From contig JBBILZ010000019.1 in NCBI GenBank assembly GCA_037444665.1, positions 1-42,597 on the forward strand: a stretch of DNA of 42,597 bases, given 5' to 3'. The stretch comes from a candidate division WOR-3 bacterium (GTDB taxonomy: Bacteria; Hydrothermota; Tepidihabitantia; SM23-42; JAOAFX01). A program made the translations under genes and the position numbers. Under the pieces are notes generated by a model. That model was not told the origin of the DNA. It did not search any database and worked only from the letters and a program-made list of their open reading frames with translations. This document shows, in pieces, positions 1 through 8,204 of this stretch (positions are counted from its first letter, which is position 1; each line of letters begins with the position of its first letter).

Positions 1-121
1 AAAGGAATAAAAAAAATTATAAAGAAGGTTTATGAGTTTGGACCCGGTTGACCAGAAAGGTGCATCACCCTATGCCTATTGTGCCAATAATCCAATAAAA
101 TTTACTGACCCGACGGGCGAG
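1..121 (+). repeat. Rhs-core junction repeat, copy 1 (identical to 5038-5158)
   Basis: By direct comparison 1-121 matches 5038-5158 base for base, including the 3' end of the nucleotidyltransferase gene and the Rhs MSLDP...DPTGE coding segment. Confidence 0.97.
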
Positions 122-778
122 ACTTCAATGGCTGCAGATTGGATTCAGTGGCAGATGGAAGATGATGCAGCATTTTTTGGAACGATGGGTGAAAATGGTC
201 TTGTGCCTTATACGGGCTGGCGCTCAAAGACCTGGTTTTTAGGTTCGTCAGCTGAGTTAGACCCAGATTTCTGGGCACCGGGCTGGGATTGGTCAGCGGG
301 TGCCAATGATTTGCTTAGACAGGTGATGTTTTTATTGAGCTCTGGAATATTTGAATGGGAGATTCTTACCGAGAACGGTTGGCAATTTATTAATATTGGA
401 GAATGGATAAAAGTTAATAATATCCGCATAATAAATGCCAAAATGCCTGGAATATTGGGGTATACTGGATATGGAGAGGCGTTTGGGCATAAGCTGGGAC
501 CCCTTGTAATGCTTATAAATTTATCGTTAATTGCGGAAAAGGGCGGTGGTCTATATGAGGTTGCAGGAACCATACTCCACGAAGCCACCCATTTGCTACA
601 AAGAAGTTTTGGATTTGAGGCTGGAGGTTATAATGAGGGGACTGCAACGCAGTTACTTATGCAACAAGAACGGCAAGCTTACAGTGTTGAAGGATTTTAT
701 TTTGGAAATCTATACACTTCTAATTTTCGTAATGCATGGATACAAGGTGCAATGCTGTGCGGTTTAATACGCCCGTGA
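32..778 (+). CDS. Orphan Rhs C-terminal toxin 1, HExxH zincin-like domain
   Basis: Starts with the Rhs-core tail MSLDP...PYAYCANNPIKFTDPTG; C-terminal region has ILHEATH and a downstream Glu (QERQAY). Confidence 0.85.
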   Translation: MSLDPVDQKGASPYAYCANNPIKFTDPTGETSMAADWIQWQMEDDAAFFGTMGENGLVPYTGWRSKTWFLGSSAELDPDFWAPGWDWSAGANDLLRQVMFLLSSGIFEWEILTENGWQFINIGEWIKVNNIRIINAKMPGILGYTGYGEAFGHKLGPLVMLINLSLIAEKGGGLYEVAGTILHEATHLLQRSFGFEAGGYNEGTATQLLMQQERQAYSVEGFYFGNLYTSNFRNAWIQGAMLCGLIRP

Positions 779-779
779 C

Positions 780-1523
780 ATGGTAGTGAAAAATTGGGTA
801 TTTAAAATGTCTGGTTGTGTAGGGGTGACCTATGGAATTATAAAAAGAAATAAGCAATTTTCTACATTACATTTTTGGGCATGGACGAACATTAGATTGT
901 TTCTACATTTGATTATTATTTCTTGTGTTAGTTATCATAAATTAACGCAAGGCACAATGAATCTAGTTTTTAGTACAGATTCAATGAGTGTGATTAGTAT
1001 GAAACATCTTGAGGCAATGTATATAACAAATGCCGATTTAGATGCCACAACCGATGGACATCTTAACATAATCGCTGGCGATAAATATATTTTCATGTTG
1101 CACGCTATCTATCCTCCGCCTGCCATGCGCATTTTCCCACCTGAAACACTTGTAGACTACCGCTTATTTATTTTCTTGGATTCAATAGGGGTAAATAATT
1201 CGGTGGAATTGAGTCGGACAAAAGCACTATTTTATCATGACGAGATTTGTAACTTCAATTTGACAATAAAGGAAATTGGTTCAATAGTTCTAAAAAAATT
1301 TATTATTTATCGACAGATGAAAGATACAATTTTGGGTTACATATCTTTTAAGGGCGAAGTCTACGATATGAACCCACGAAAATACTATGAATACAAAACC
1401 TCAAGAAAGGTAGAGGGTCAAGTTTGTTTTAAAGCCGTGAAGACAAATTTAAAAAAGATTTCCTCTCAACTAAAAGAGTTCTGGTTGCCCAAAGGATTTT
1501 TGATAGATTTCTTAAAAGAATGA
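780..1523 (+). CDS. Putative immunity protein for toxin 1 (possible lipoprotein; start uncertain)
   Basis: Immediately downstream of toxin 1; hydrophobic stretch ending in Cys (LFLHLIIISC); no recognised family. Confidence 0.55.
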   Translation: MVVKNWVFKMSGCVGVTYGIIKRNKQFSTLHFWAWTNIRLFLHLIIISCVSYHKLTQGTMNLVFSTDSMSVISMKHLEAMYITNADLDATTDGHLNIIAGDKYIFMLHAIYPPPAMRIFPPETLVDYRLFIFLDSIGVNNSVELSRTKALFYHDEICNFNLTIKEIGSIVLKKFIIYRQMKDTILGYISFKGEVYDMNPRKYYEYKTSRKVEGQVCFKAVKTNLKKISSQLKEFWLPKGFLIDFLKE

Positions 1524-1581
1524 TTTTGCAGAAGTGAAAAAGGTCAGTATTTATTTGGAAGCTAAACAAATGGAGGTAATT

Positions 1582-2061
1582 ATGTCAAAAATTAAAAAGC
1601 CATTTTTGTATTTGCTGATAGTGCTTTTACCAGTGTTATGTGCTCAAAAGAGGGTTTGGCAGGGGCAGTATATAACCATCCAGACGAATGAATTTCCTAA
1701 GGAAGATTTCAAGGTTGGTAATTATATTGTTGTTGCCTATACTCCTCAGGAATACAATAAGAAGTCTAAAGTTATTTACCAGTTTGATATTATGGAGAAT
1801 CAGAAGCGCACTCGTATGATTGTATTTCAGGAGTGTTTTCTGTTAATTACAGAAAGGCCAGAGCCAAACAAAATGGATAAGGATAAAGATTATGATTATG
1901 CTTTGATTGAAATTAATCCTGCATATTTCGGCAAATTGAAACATCTATCTGTGGTTAGTGGGACTACTCATAAGCTCTATGAGAAGATGCACAGTTATGA
2001 AGAGATCAAGGAGGAAGTTATTGATTTGATATTGGGCAGAGGATTGATGCCGGAATATTGA
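1582..2061 (+). CDS. Hypothetical exported protein (second immunity candidate)
   Basis: GGAGG at 1572-1576 before ATG 1582; signal-peptide-like MSKIKKPFLYLLIVLLPVLCA. Confidence 0.6.
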   Translation: MSKIKKPFLYLLIVLLPVLCAQKRVWQGQYITIQTNEFPKEDFKVGNYIVVAYTPQEYNKKSKVIYQFDIMENQKRTRMIVFQECFLLITERPEPNKMDKDKDYDYALIEINPAYFGKLKHLSVVSGTTHKLYEKMHSYEEIKEEVIDLILGRGLMPEY

Positions 2062-2175
2062 AGATTAGATAAAACAACACTTTATTTTTGCATTTCACTT
2101 TTGCGGTTAAGTGGAAGGCGATTTTAATTTAGATATTTTAGTGGTTTGATATTGCGATATGTTTGCTATGCTTAA

Positions 2176-2203
2176 TTGACAATTCTTTTTTTATTAATAT
2201 AAT
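2176..2203 (+). promoter_or_regulatory. Sigma70-type promoter for the DUF433/DUF5615 pair
   Basis: TTGACA-16 bp-TATAAT; AGGAG RBS at 2214-2218. Confidence 0.8.
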
Positions 2204-2223
2204 TAACTTATAAAGGAGATTAG

Positions 2224-2445
2224 ATGGAGAGAATAACAGTAGATAATGCAGTGCACTTTGGTCAGCCTTGCATTGCAGGCACAAGAATACCGGTGTATTG
2301 TATTCTTGAACTCATTGAAGCGGGTATTTCTTTTGAAGAAATTATTGAAAAATACTATCCTGGGATTATGATTGAGGACATTAAGGCTTGTATTCAATAT
2401 GCTATGAATATTATTAAAGCCGAAGAAGTGCACATTGCCGAATAA
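2224..2445 (+). CDS. DUF433 family antitoxin
   Basis: Motif HFGQPCIAGTRIPV...ILELIEAG.SFEEII..YP.I..EDIKAC..YA. Confidence 0.9.
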   Translation: MERITVDNAVHFGQPCIAGTRIPVYCILELIEAGISFEEIIEKYYPGIMIEDIKACIQYAMNIIKAEEVHIAE

Positions 2446-2451
2446 CAATAG

Positions 2452-2823
2452 ATGAGATTTTTAATTGACGAAGATGTTTATGAATTAACCATTAAATTTT
2501 TGCGTGGACACGGATATGATGTTGTAAAAGTTGCAGATATTGGCTTACGAGGTAACCCTGATGTAGTTATTTTGAGCTATGCTTTGCAGCACGGTTTAGT
2601 GCTTATTACACGCGATAAAGGATTTGGCTCTTTAGTATTTTTAAGCAAGAAAAAAGAGGCTTGTGTAATTCTGTTGCGATTAACACCTGAGACTCTTGAA
2701 GAAGTTAACAATGAGCTTTTGAAGGTTCTCAAAATTCACAGTGATAAACTATTGCCTGGGTATTTTATAGTTATTGAACCAGGTAAACATCGGGTAAGAA
2801 AAAAGGATGACCAACAGAAATAA
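2452..2823 (+). CDS. DUF5615 family PIN-like toxin
   Basis: MRFLIDEDV...GYDV...D..IL.YA....VLITRDKGFG; follows DUF433. Confidence 0.88.
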   Translation: MRFLIDEDVYELTIKFLRGHGYDVVKVADIGLRGNPDVVILSYALQHGLVLITRDKGFGSLVFLSKKKEACVILLRLTPETLEEVNNELLKVLKIHSDKLLPGYFIVIEPGKHRVRKKDDQQK

Positions 2824-3649
2824 CTCACAGCGTTACTACGACCCACAGATTGGCAGGTTTATGAGTTTGGACCCGGTTGACCAGAAAGGTGCATCACCCT
2901 ATGCCTATTGTGCCAATAATCCAATAGGATTTACTGACCCGACGGGTGAGGTGATGAGTTATTCCCATATTGAAGAGATGTTTCAAGTTTATGGAATGTG
3001 GAAGGCTGGTTTTACGTACTATACTTTTTGGAATTATGATGAGTGGGGTAATTTACTGGGTATCGATTACTATAGCCCCACCGATTTGAACAATCCATAT
3101 TTAGAATTAGGAATAATCCCACCGGCGGTATATTTCGCAATTTCATGGTCTAACAGAATATATGGCGCTTATTCTGACAAGGTTTCTTTTATGCGGTGTG
3201 TCTATGTATTGTCTATAGCAAGCCCGAGGGCGGCTTACTATTTATCAGCATACACACAATGTTCTGTTTTCTTAGGGGATCCTGTTATGGCAACAACGAA
3301 CAGCGCTATAACCTATATGAATGAGGATGGGTCGATTTATGTCCATTTCGGCGAACATACTTCTTTAGGAATGCTGGCGAAGAATATCTTACATGAAGCC
3401 TCACATATTTGGGGATTCCTGAATCCGGAGTTAGATTTAGGCCCAGAATTTATGGAAATGTGGTCAAAAATAGGAGAATCGGGGGTTCTTTTCAGGCGCT
3501 ATTATGATTCCCCTCAGGATCGTTTTGCAATAGATTTAATTCGTGACATTGGACCTCTGTTTCGTTATGGAATATTATGGCCAAACTGGCCAACTCGGCC
3601 AACGGACACTGGGTGGTTCTTGCTATATAGAGAAATATGGCGACCATAA
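2807..3649 (+). CDS. Orphan Rhs C-terminal toxin 2, HExxH zincin-like domain (alternative start 2861)
   Basis: QRYYDPQIGRFMSLDP...YCANNPIGFTDPTG core tail; ILHEASH motif. Confidence 0.85.
   Translation: MTNRNNSQRYYDPQIGRFMSLDPVDQKGASPYAYCANNPIGFTDPTGEVMSYSHIEEMFQVYGMWKAGFTYYTFWNYDEWGNLLGIDYYSPTDLNNPYLELGIIPPAVYFAISWSNRIYGAYSDKVSFMRCVYVLSIASPRAAYYLSAYTQCSVFLGDPVMATTNSAITYMNEDGSIYVHFGEHTSLGMLAKNILHEASHIWGFLNPELDLGPEFMEMWSKIGESGVLFRRYYDSPQDRFAIDLIRDIGPLFRYGILWPNWPTRPTDTGWFLLYREIWRP
2855..3003 (+). repeat. Rhs-core junction repeat, copy 2
   Basis: Matches 5063-5211 with 3 mismatches; identity continues past DPTG into the toxin N-terminus (EVMSYSHIEEMFQVYGMWK). Confidence 0.95.
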
Positions 3650-3734
3650 TACTATAATACTACTTGCACGATGAATCTCAATGTTTATAATAAGTGCAAT
3701 GCACATCAGAATTAAGATTTTGTTAAAGGGTTAT

Positions 3735-4232
3735 ATGGGGATACCGAAGATCGGATTTATATTGCTATCCACGGTCATAATATTCGGTATGTTCCAATGT
3801 TATTATCTTACGACCCCCCAATTAACTAACAAAGATAAGAGTGAACTTGTGCAGATGACTTTGGTTAAAGTTCTTGAAGAGAAAGTAGAGCCGTTCTACT
3901 CTGTGCTGCAGGATACCGGTTGTGTTGTTCTAACCAACTATTCACTGGAAGGAATGAGTTCCATACAATTATTCACCATAGATTTAAAAATACTTGATAA
4001 AAATGCAATGAAAACAAGAGCTGACAGCATCGGTCCTTACAGATGTTTCCATTTTCTTTTTGATATTGTAAATAATGATAATGTGATTGTGATACTGCAC
4101 TTAGTGTGGATCTTACCAGATGAGGAAATTGGAAGTGAATATATAAACCGACCAATGTTGGCAATAAAATTTCATAAGGAGCGAGGTATGTGGAAACCCG
4201 GCGAAATTTTGCATACGGAATCACGCTACTGA
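3735..4232 (+). CDS. Putative immunity protein for toxin 2 (lipoprotein-like; ORF is open from 3681)
   Basis: Directly downstream of toxin 2; MGIPKIGFILLSTVIIFGMFQC resembles a lipoprotein signal. Confidence 0.6.
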   Translation: MGIPKIGFILLSTVIIFGMFQCYYLTTPQLTNKDKSELVQMTLVKVLEEKVEPFYSVLQDTGCVVLTNYSLEGMSSIQLFTIDLKILDKNAMKTRADSIGPYRCFHFLFDIVNNDNVIVILHLVWILPDEEIGSEYINRPMLAIKFHKERGMWKPGEILHTESRY

Positions 4233-4298
4233 ACATTATGAAGCATGGAGCAGAGATGAACTTTTGCCGTTGGCAGCAATTGGTATACTGACCCAATC

Positions 4299-4326
4299 TT
4301 GACTTATCTTTAATTTCTGGTAAAAT
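4299..4326 (+). promoter_or_regulatory. Sigma70-type promoter, probably leaderless
   Basis: TTGACT-16 bp-TAAAAT with TGn extension; ATG 4334 follows after 7 nt with no SD. Confidence 0.7.
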
Positions 4327-4333
4327 TAGCAAG

Positions 4334-4582
4334 ATGAAAAGAGGCATTCGTAAATATCGGACATTTTTGGAAGCAAGGTTGGATATGTATCGGGAGATGT
4401 GGAAAAGAGGATTTCAGGAAAAAAGGGTAGCAAGATTCTTAAAAGAGTTCGCCGATTCCTTAAGAAAGTATAATCATCCAGCAAGCAAAATTCTTTATAA
4501 ACCGGGTCTCTATTTTTTTGAATCATTTGAGCAATCTCAAAGAGACCTGGAAATGCGAATAAAAGAAAATGATAACCCTTGA
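4334..4582 (+). CDS. Small basic hypothetical protein, putative partner of the nucleotidyltransferase
   Basis: 82-aa ORF overlapping the next gene; own promoter; TA-like two-gene layout. Confidence 0.65.
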   Translation: MKRGIRKYRTFLEARLDMYREMWKRGFQEKRVARFLKEFADSLRKYNHPASKILYKPGLYFFESFEQSQRDLEMRIKENDNP

Positions 4583-5072
4583 AAAATTATCATTATTCTG
4601 TGATGTATTAAATAGACATAGTGTCAAGTATATCTTAATTGGTGGTTGTGCGGTTATTTTACATGGATTAGAAAAGCCAACTTACGATATTGATTTTCTT
4701 GTGGAAGATACGGAGGAAAATGTTGCAAAAATAAAAAAAGCATTGCTTTGTTTTTTGCGTGAAAATGAAATAGCAGAGCTTAATGCTAAAATGCTTCGCC
4801 ATTATCAAGTTGTCAGGGTGGGGCTCGGTGGTTATTATGTTGACCTATTAACGAAAGTGGGTGATATTGATTATAAAGTAGCAAGACAGGAGATATATTT
4901 TGAGAAAGTTGGTGGTGTTGAGATTCCTGTGGCTGGTCTGGATACGATGATCGCTTTGAAACAGAGCTATCGGGAAATAGATCAAAAAGATCGGCTTTTT
5001 CTTGAGGGTAAAAAAGAGTATTTAAGGCGGAAAACGAAAAGGAATAAAAAAAATTATAAAGAAGGTTTATGA
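4569..5072 (+). CDS. Minimal nucleotidyltransferase-fold protein (DUF6036-like)
   Basis: YILIGGCAVILHG...TYDIDF (GG and DxD), later VDLL and LIALK...R..D..D-type motifs. Confidence 0.85.
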   Translation: MITLEKLSLFCDVLNRHSVKYILIGGCAVILHGLEKPTYDIDFLVEDTEENVAKIKKALLCFLRENEIAELNAKMLRHYQVVRVGLGGYYVDLLTKVGDIDYKVARQEIYFEKVGGVEIPVAGLDTMIALKQSYREIDQKDRLFLEGKKEYLRRKTKRNKKNYKEGL

Positions 5073-5211
5073 GTTTGGACCCGGTTGACCAGAAAGGTGC
5101 ATCACCCTATGCCTATTGTGCCAATAATCCAATAAAATTTACTGACCCGACGGGCGAGGTGATGAGTTATTCCCATATTGAAGAGATGTTTCAAGTTTAT
5201 GGAATGTGGAA
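5038..5211 (+). repeat. Rhs-core junction repeat, copy 3 (mosaic of copies 1 and 2)
   Basis: 5038-5158 equals 1-121; 5159-5211 continues identically to 2951-3003. Confidence 0.95.
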
Positions 5212-5845
5212 AGAAGGTCAGCCTCGGATTATGGTTGGTTTTGGTAGTGAATATGGATCAATGCAAAGCTACATGGAAGCGAATTCGTGGTTCTATATGG
5301 AGGTCGCCCTCAATGAATACATCAGCCAAATGCGATTTTACTTTGCTAAGCATGATTATTTTAGACAAACATACCAATATGGTTCAACGACAATAGAGAC
5401 CTATATGTATTTTAATCCTATTACTATGTCAGTAATGGTTGGAATGAATCGCTACGACAATCCGGAATATGTAGCTGGTAGTGGCGCAGGACTGGGTTCA
5501 ACCTATACAGTGGCCGATGAAATGAATCTAATGCGAACAGCCTATGTCAATTTTATGGTAGCAAATTATCCAATTCATGGTTCAACAATTGTTCCTGAAT
5601 ATGCTATAAGATATTTAGCCGGTGACCCCAATGTATGGGCTTGTGCTGACTGGTCGTATGAACTTAATGCGATGTTTGGATCAATGAACTTACAATATTG
5701 GCAAACAAAAGTTGTGAATATCTGGAAAGTTCACTCTCTGGTAAGTGCCACCTGTTATGGCGAATGGACACGGTACTTTGATCCTTATTTTATGGCACCA
5801 TTCCTTTATGGTTTTCAAGTTTTTCCACCTTTACCTTATCGATAA
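5069..5845 (+). CDS. Orphan Rhs C-terminal toxin 3, putative papain/transglutaminase-like domain
   Basis: Rhs-core tail, then Cys (WACADWS), His (VHSLV) and Asp (YFDPY) in transglutaminase-like order. Confidence 0.8.
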   Translation: MSLDPVDQKGASPYAYCANNPIKFTDPTGEVMSYSHIEEMFQVYGMWKEGQPRIMVGFGSEYGSMQSYMEANSWFYMEVALNEYISQMRFYFAKHDYFRQTYQYGSTTIETYMYFNPITMSVMVGMNRYDNPEYVAGSGAGLGSTYTVADEMNLMRTAYVNFMVANYPIHGSTIVPEYAIRYLAGDPNVWACADWSYELNAMFGSMNLQYWQTKVVNIWKVHSLVSATCYGEWTRYFDPYFMAPFLYGFQVFPPLPYR

Positions 5846-5867
5846 TTTGAAAGAGGAAAATAGTATT

Positions 5868-6281
5868 ATGAAAAAGTTAGACCCGTTTTCTTTTTTACTC
5901 GTTTCAATATGGAGTATTGGAACATTAATAAAATTGCCTGATCTATTGGAACTCAATAGAGGCCCCGAATTGATTTTGAATATCGCGGCGGTTATGCTCA
6001 TACTAATTATTTTAATAATATGTGCCATTGGAATAAATTACAGAAAATGCTGGGCGCGAACTTTATATCTATACGTCAGCATTATTGTTATATTCTTAAT
6101 TCTTTTTGTTACCATTTATTCCCTACAAAAACAACAGGTTCTGGACGCTACTTTGCTCGGTTATAGTCTTCTTATTTTTTCTCCTTGGATTGGTATTCTC
6201 CTATATGGCATTTACTATTTAAACCGCAAAGACATCCGTGAATCCTTTGGTTTATCAAAGGATAATAAATCCAAAAATTAA
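5868..6281 (+). CDS. Putative membrane immunity protein for toxin 3
   Basis: About four hydrophobic segments; directly downstream of toxin 3; GAGG upstream. Confidence 0.7.
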   Translation: MKKLDPFSFLLVSIWSIGTLIKLPDLLELNRGPELILNIAAVMLILIILIICAIGINYRKCWARTLYLYVSIIVIFLILFVTIYSLQKQQVLDATLLGYSLLIFSPWIGILLYGIYYLNRKDIRESFGLSKDNKSKN

Positions 6282-6353
6282 AAAATAAAATGGAAAACTG
6301 GTGTGGAGACAGGGGTTGACTTTTTGACAGTAAGGCGGTCTTTATTTTAGGCA

Positions 6354-6378
6354 TTTTGCCTATTTGCTTCAGGCAAAA
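6354..6378. terminator. Possible bidirectional terminator hairpin
   Basis: TTTTGCCT-9 nt-AGGCAAAA. Confidence 0.4.
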
Positions 6379-6452
6379 ACTTATAGGTCTTTGGCTTCGA
6401 TATTGGCTTCATTAGATATGTCTATCTTTTAGGCAAACGAAATTCTACACAG

Positions 6453-6480
6453 TTGAATTCCGTAGAAATATATGTATAAT
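6453..6480 (+). promoter_or_regulatory. Sigma70-type promoter upstream of Rhs fragment 4
   Basis: TTGAAT-16 bp-TATAAT. Confidence 0.55.
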
Positions 6481-6552
6481 AGATTATTGATAAGGGTCAT
6501 TTAACGAGGGCGGGCACCCTTGAAAATTCGGGTAGAATACATCAGAGGTAGG

Positions 6553-7569
6553 ATGACAGAAGCAAGAAGCAAGATAAGAAATCGTGAAAGAGCGGTAATA
6601 TCTGATTTCTCTTCTTTACATCCTGGCTTCTATATAAATCATTGCGATGCCCTGGGTAGTCCAAGGAAGATGACGAATGAGTCAGGCACTGTTGTCTGGA
6701 CGGGTGCCTATCAGCCGTTTGGAGAGATGATAACAGGCTCGGGCAATGTGCATGGGTTTACAGGGAAGGAAGTGGATTCAGAGATGGGTTTAAACTATTT
6801 CTGTCAAAGATATTACGACCCACAGCTTGGCAGGTTTATGACCCTTGACCCCTTTGGCGGTTACATTGAGCTCCCCCAAACCCAGATGAGATACGGCTAT
6901 TGTGTGAACAATCCCCTTAAATACATTGACCCGCTGGGGTTGAACCCACCGATGGAGTGGTTGTGGGATGAAAATATAGCGTGGACTTGTTATGATGATA
7001 TATGCATTGGTGTATGGACACCACCTCCTATTCCACCGCTTCATCGTATTCCTGATGCTTCTTCAGATGAAGGATTAATAGGTGCGGATGAAGATGCGTA
7101 TTCAGACCCTTATGGTGGTGGTACTGGTGGTTATCTTGGAGGTCGGAGGAGAAGGAGTGGTTATAATCCTTACGGCGGGGGCGGTCAACCCGGTCATAGT
7201 GGTACTCCTGCACACAATATAGTAATCGGTTTCCAATTTCAAGCGCAGGCTACATTTTTGTGGTGGGGCATGTCATGGGGTCAAACTTACATTATTACGC
7301 CTGCTGAACAGCGTGGCTGGTACTTTTTTATGGAACCAAATAAAGGGTTTGGACTTGGTATCGGTCTTGGACCTATTGTTGCATGGGGTAGTGGTCCATT
7401 AACTGGTGATATGGCAGATTTTTCCGGAGGCGGTGGGCCAATAATTATTTCAATTTTTGATAATGGACTTATGAAATCAATATTCTTTGGATATAACTGG
7501 GGAGTGCCAATCACAGTATCTAGTGGATTAATGACAACAGAAGAAATGGACAATTTAGAATGGCCATAA
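6553..7569 (+). CDS. Rhs repeat-associated core domain fragment with Gly-rich C-terminal toxin 4
   Basis: HCDALGSPR...YQPFGE...FTGKE.DSE.GLNYF.QRYYDPQLGRFMTLDP...YGYCVNNPLKYIDPLG; start uncertain (TTG 6520 or ATG 6553). Confidence 0.9.
   Translation: MTEARSKIRNRERAVISDFSSLHPGFYINHCDALGSPRKMTNESGTVVWTGAYQPFGEMITGSGNVHGFTGKEVDSEMGLNYFCQRYYDPQLGRFMTLDPFGGYIELPQTQMRYGYCVNNPLKYIDPLGLNPPMEWLWDENIAWTCYDDICIGVWTPPPIPPLHRIPDASSDEGLIGADEDAYSDPYGGGTGGYLGGRRRRSGYNPYGGGGQPGHSGTPAHNIVIGFQFQAQATFLWWGMSWGQTYIITPAEQRGWYFFMEPNKGFGLGIGLGPIVAWGSGPLTGDMADFSGGGGPIIISIFDNGLMKSIFFGYNWGVPITVSSGLMTTEEMDNLEWP
6558..6631. repeat. Degenerate heptamer-repeat element
   Basis: Purine-rich arm AGAAGCA AGAAGCA AGATAAGAAATC and pyrimidine-rich arm TCTGATTTCTCTTCT...CTGGCTTCT. 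Confidence 0.55.
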
Positions 7570-7588
7570 TATATTAGAGTAACAAAGG

Positions 7589-8086
7589 GTGAAAAATATG
7601 CAGCTAAACAAAAAGAGTGTATTATTTCTATGTATCCTACTGATAATAAGTGTACTACTGCTAATCTTTTTTCATACCGACAATGGTTTATATCTATTCG
7701 CTGTATTTCTAATACTTTGGTTTTTGCTTATTGTTTTGACTATAAAACCATTAAGTAGATTTCAATACCGAATGATCTTTCAAAAATCACCTACGGAAAA
7801 ACAATTAACGCAATTCATTTTAGGAGGATTTGTATTTACTCCGCTGTTTATCCTCTATGGTTTGTTAAATATTAAATATCCTACTACCCCGTTAAATTAC
7901 TTTTTTAGAACTGTAATTATTGGGTTTCTACTTATTGGAATATATGTGATCTACAAATATATCAAAAAAGAGAAAATTTATATAGTTAAAGGTGAGGAAG
8001 AAAAACCACCATCTGTAGTCCATTCTAAAAAAGTTGCTATGGCAGATAAAGATATACAGCAAGGCCATGCAAATCATTTAGAATGA
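7589..8086 (+). CDS. Putative membrane immunity protein for toxin 4
   Basis: Four hydrophobic segments; 19 bp downstream of toxin 4. Confidence 0.7.
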   Translation: MKNMQLNKKSVLFLCILLIISVLLLIFFHTDNGLYLFAVFLILWFLLIVLTIKPLSRFQYRMIFQKSPTEKQLTQFILGGFVFTPLFILYGLLNIKYPTTPLNYFFRTVIIGFLLIGIYVIYKYIKKEKIYIVKGEEEKPPSVVHSKKVAMADKDIQQGHANHLE

Positions 8087-8204
8087 TAGCATAGTGACAA
8101 AAATAATAAATAAACATCTGGTTCGTATTTTTTTGCACTTTTCTACTGGCAGAAAAAGGTCAGGTGTAATAAAAGTAAAAACTCAGGATAATGGAAAATA
8201 GCTA

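Noticed and set aside
2855..5211. Diversity-generating retroelement template/variable repeat pair
   Set aside because: Only three mismatches, one not at adenine; the repeat is at the conserved N-terminal end rather than a variable C-terminus; no reverse transcriptase in the window.
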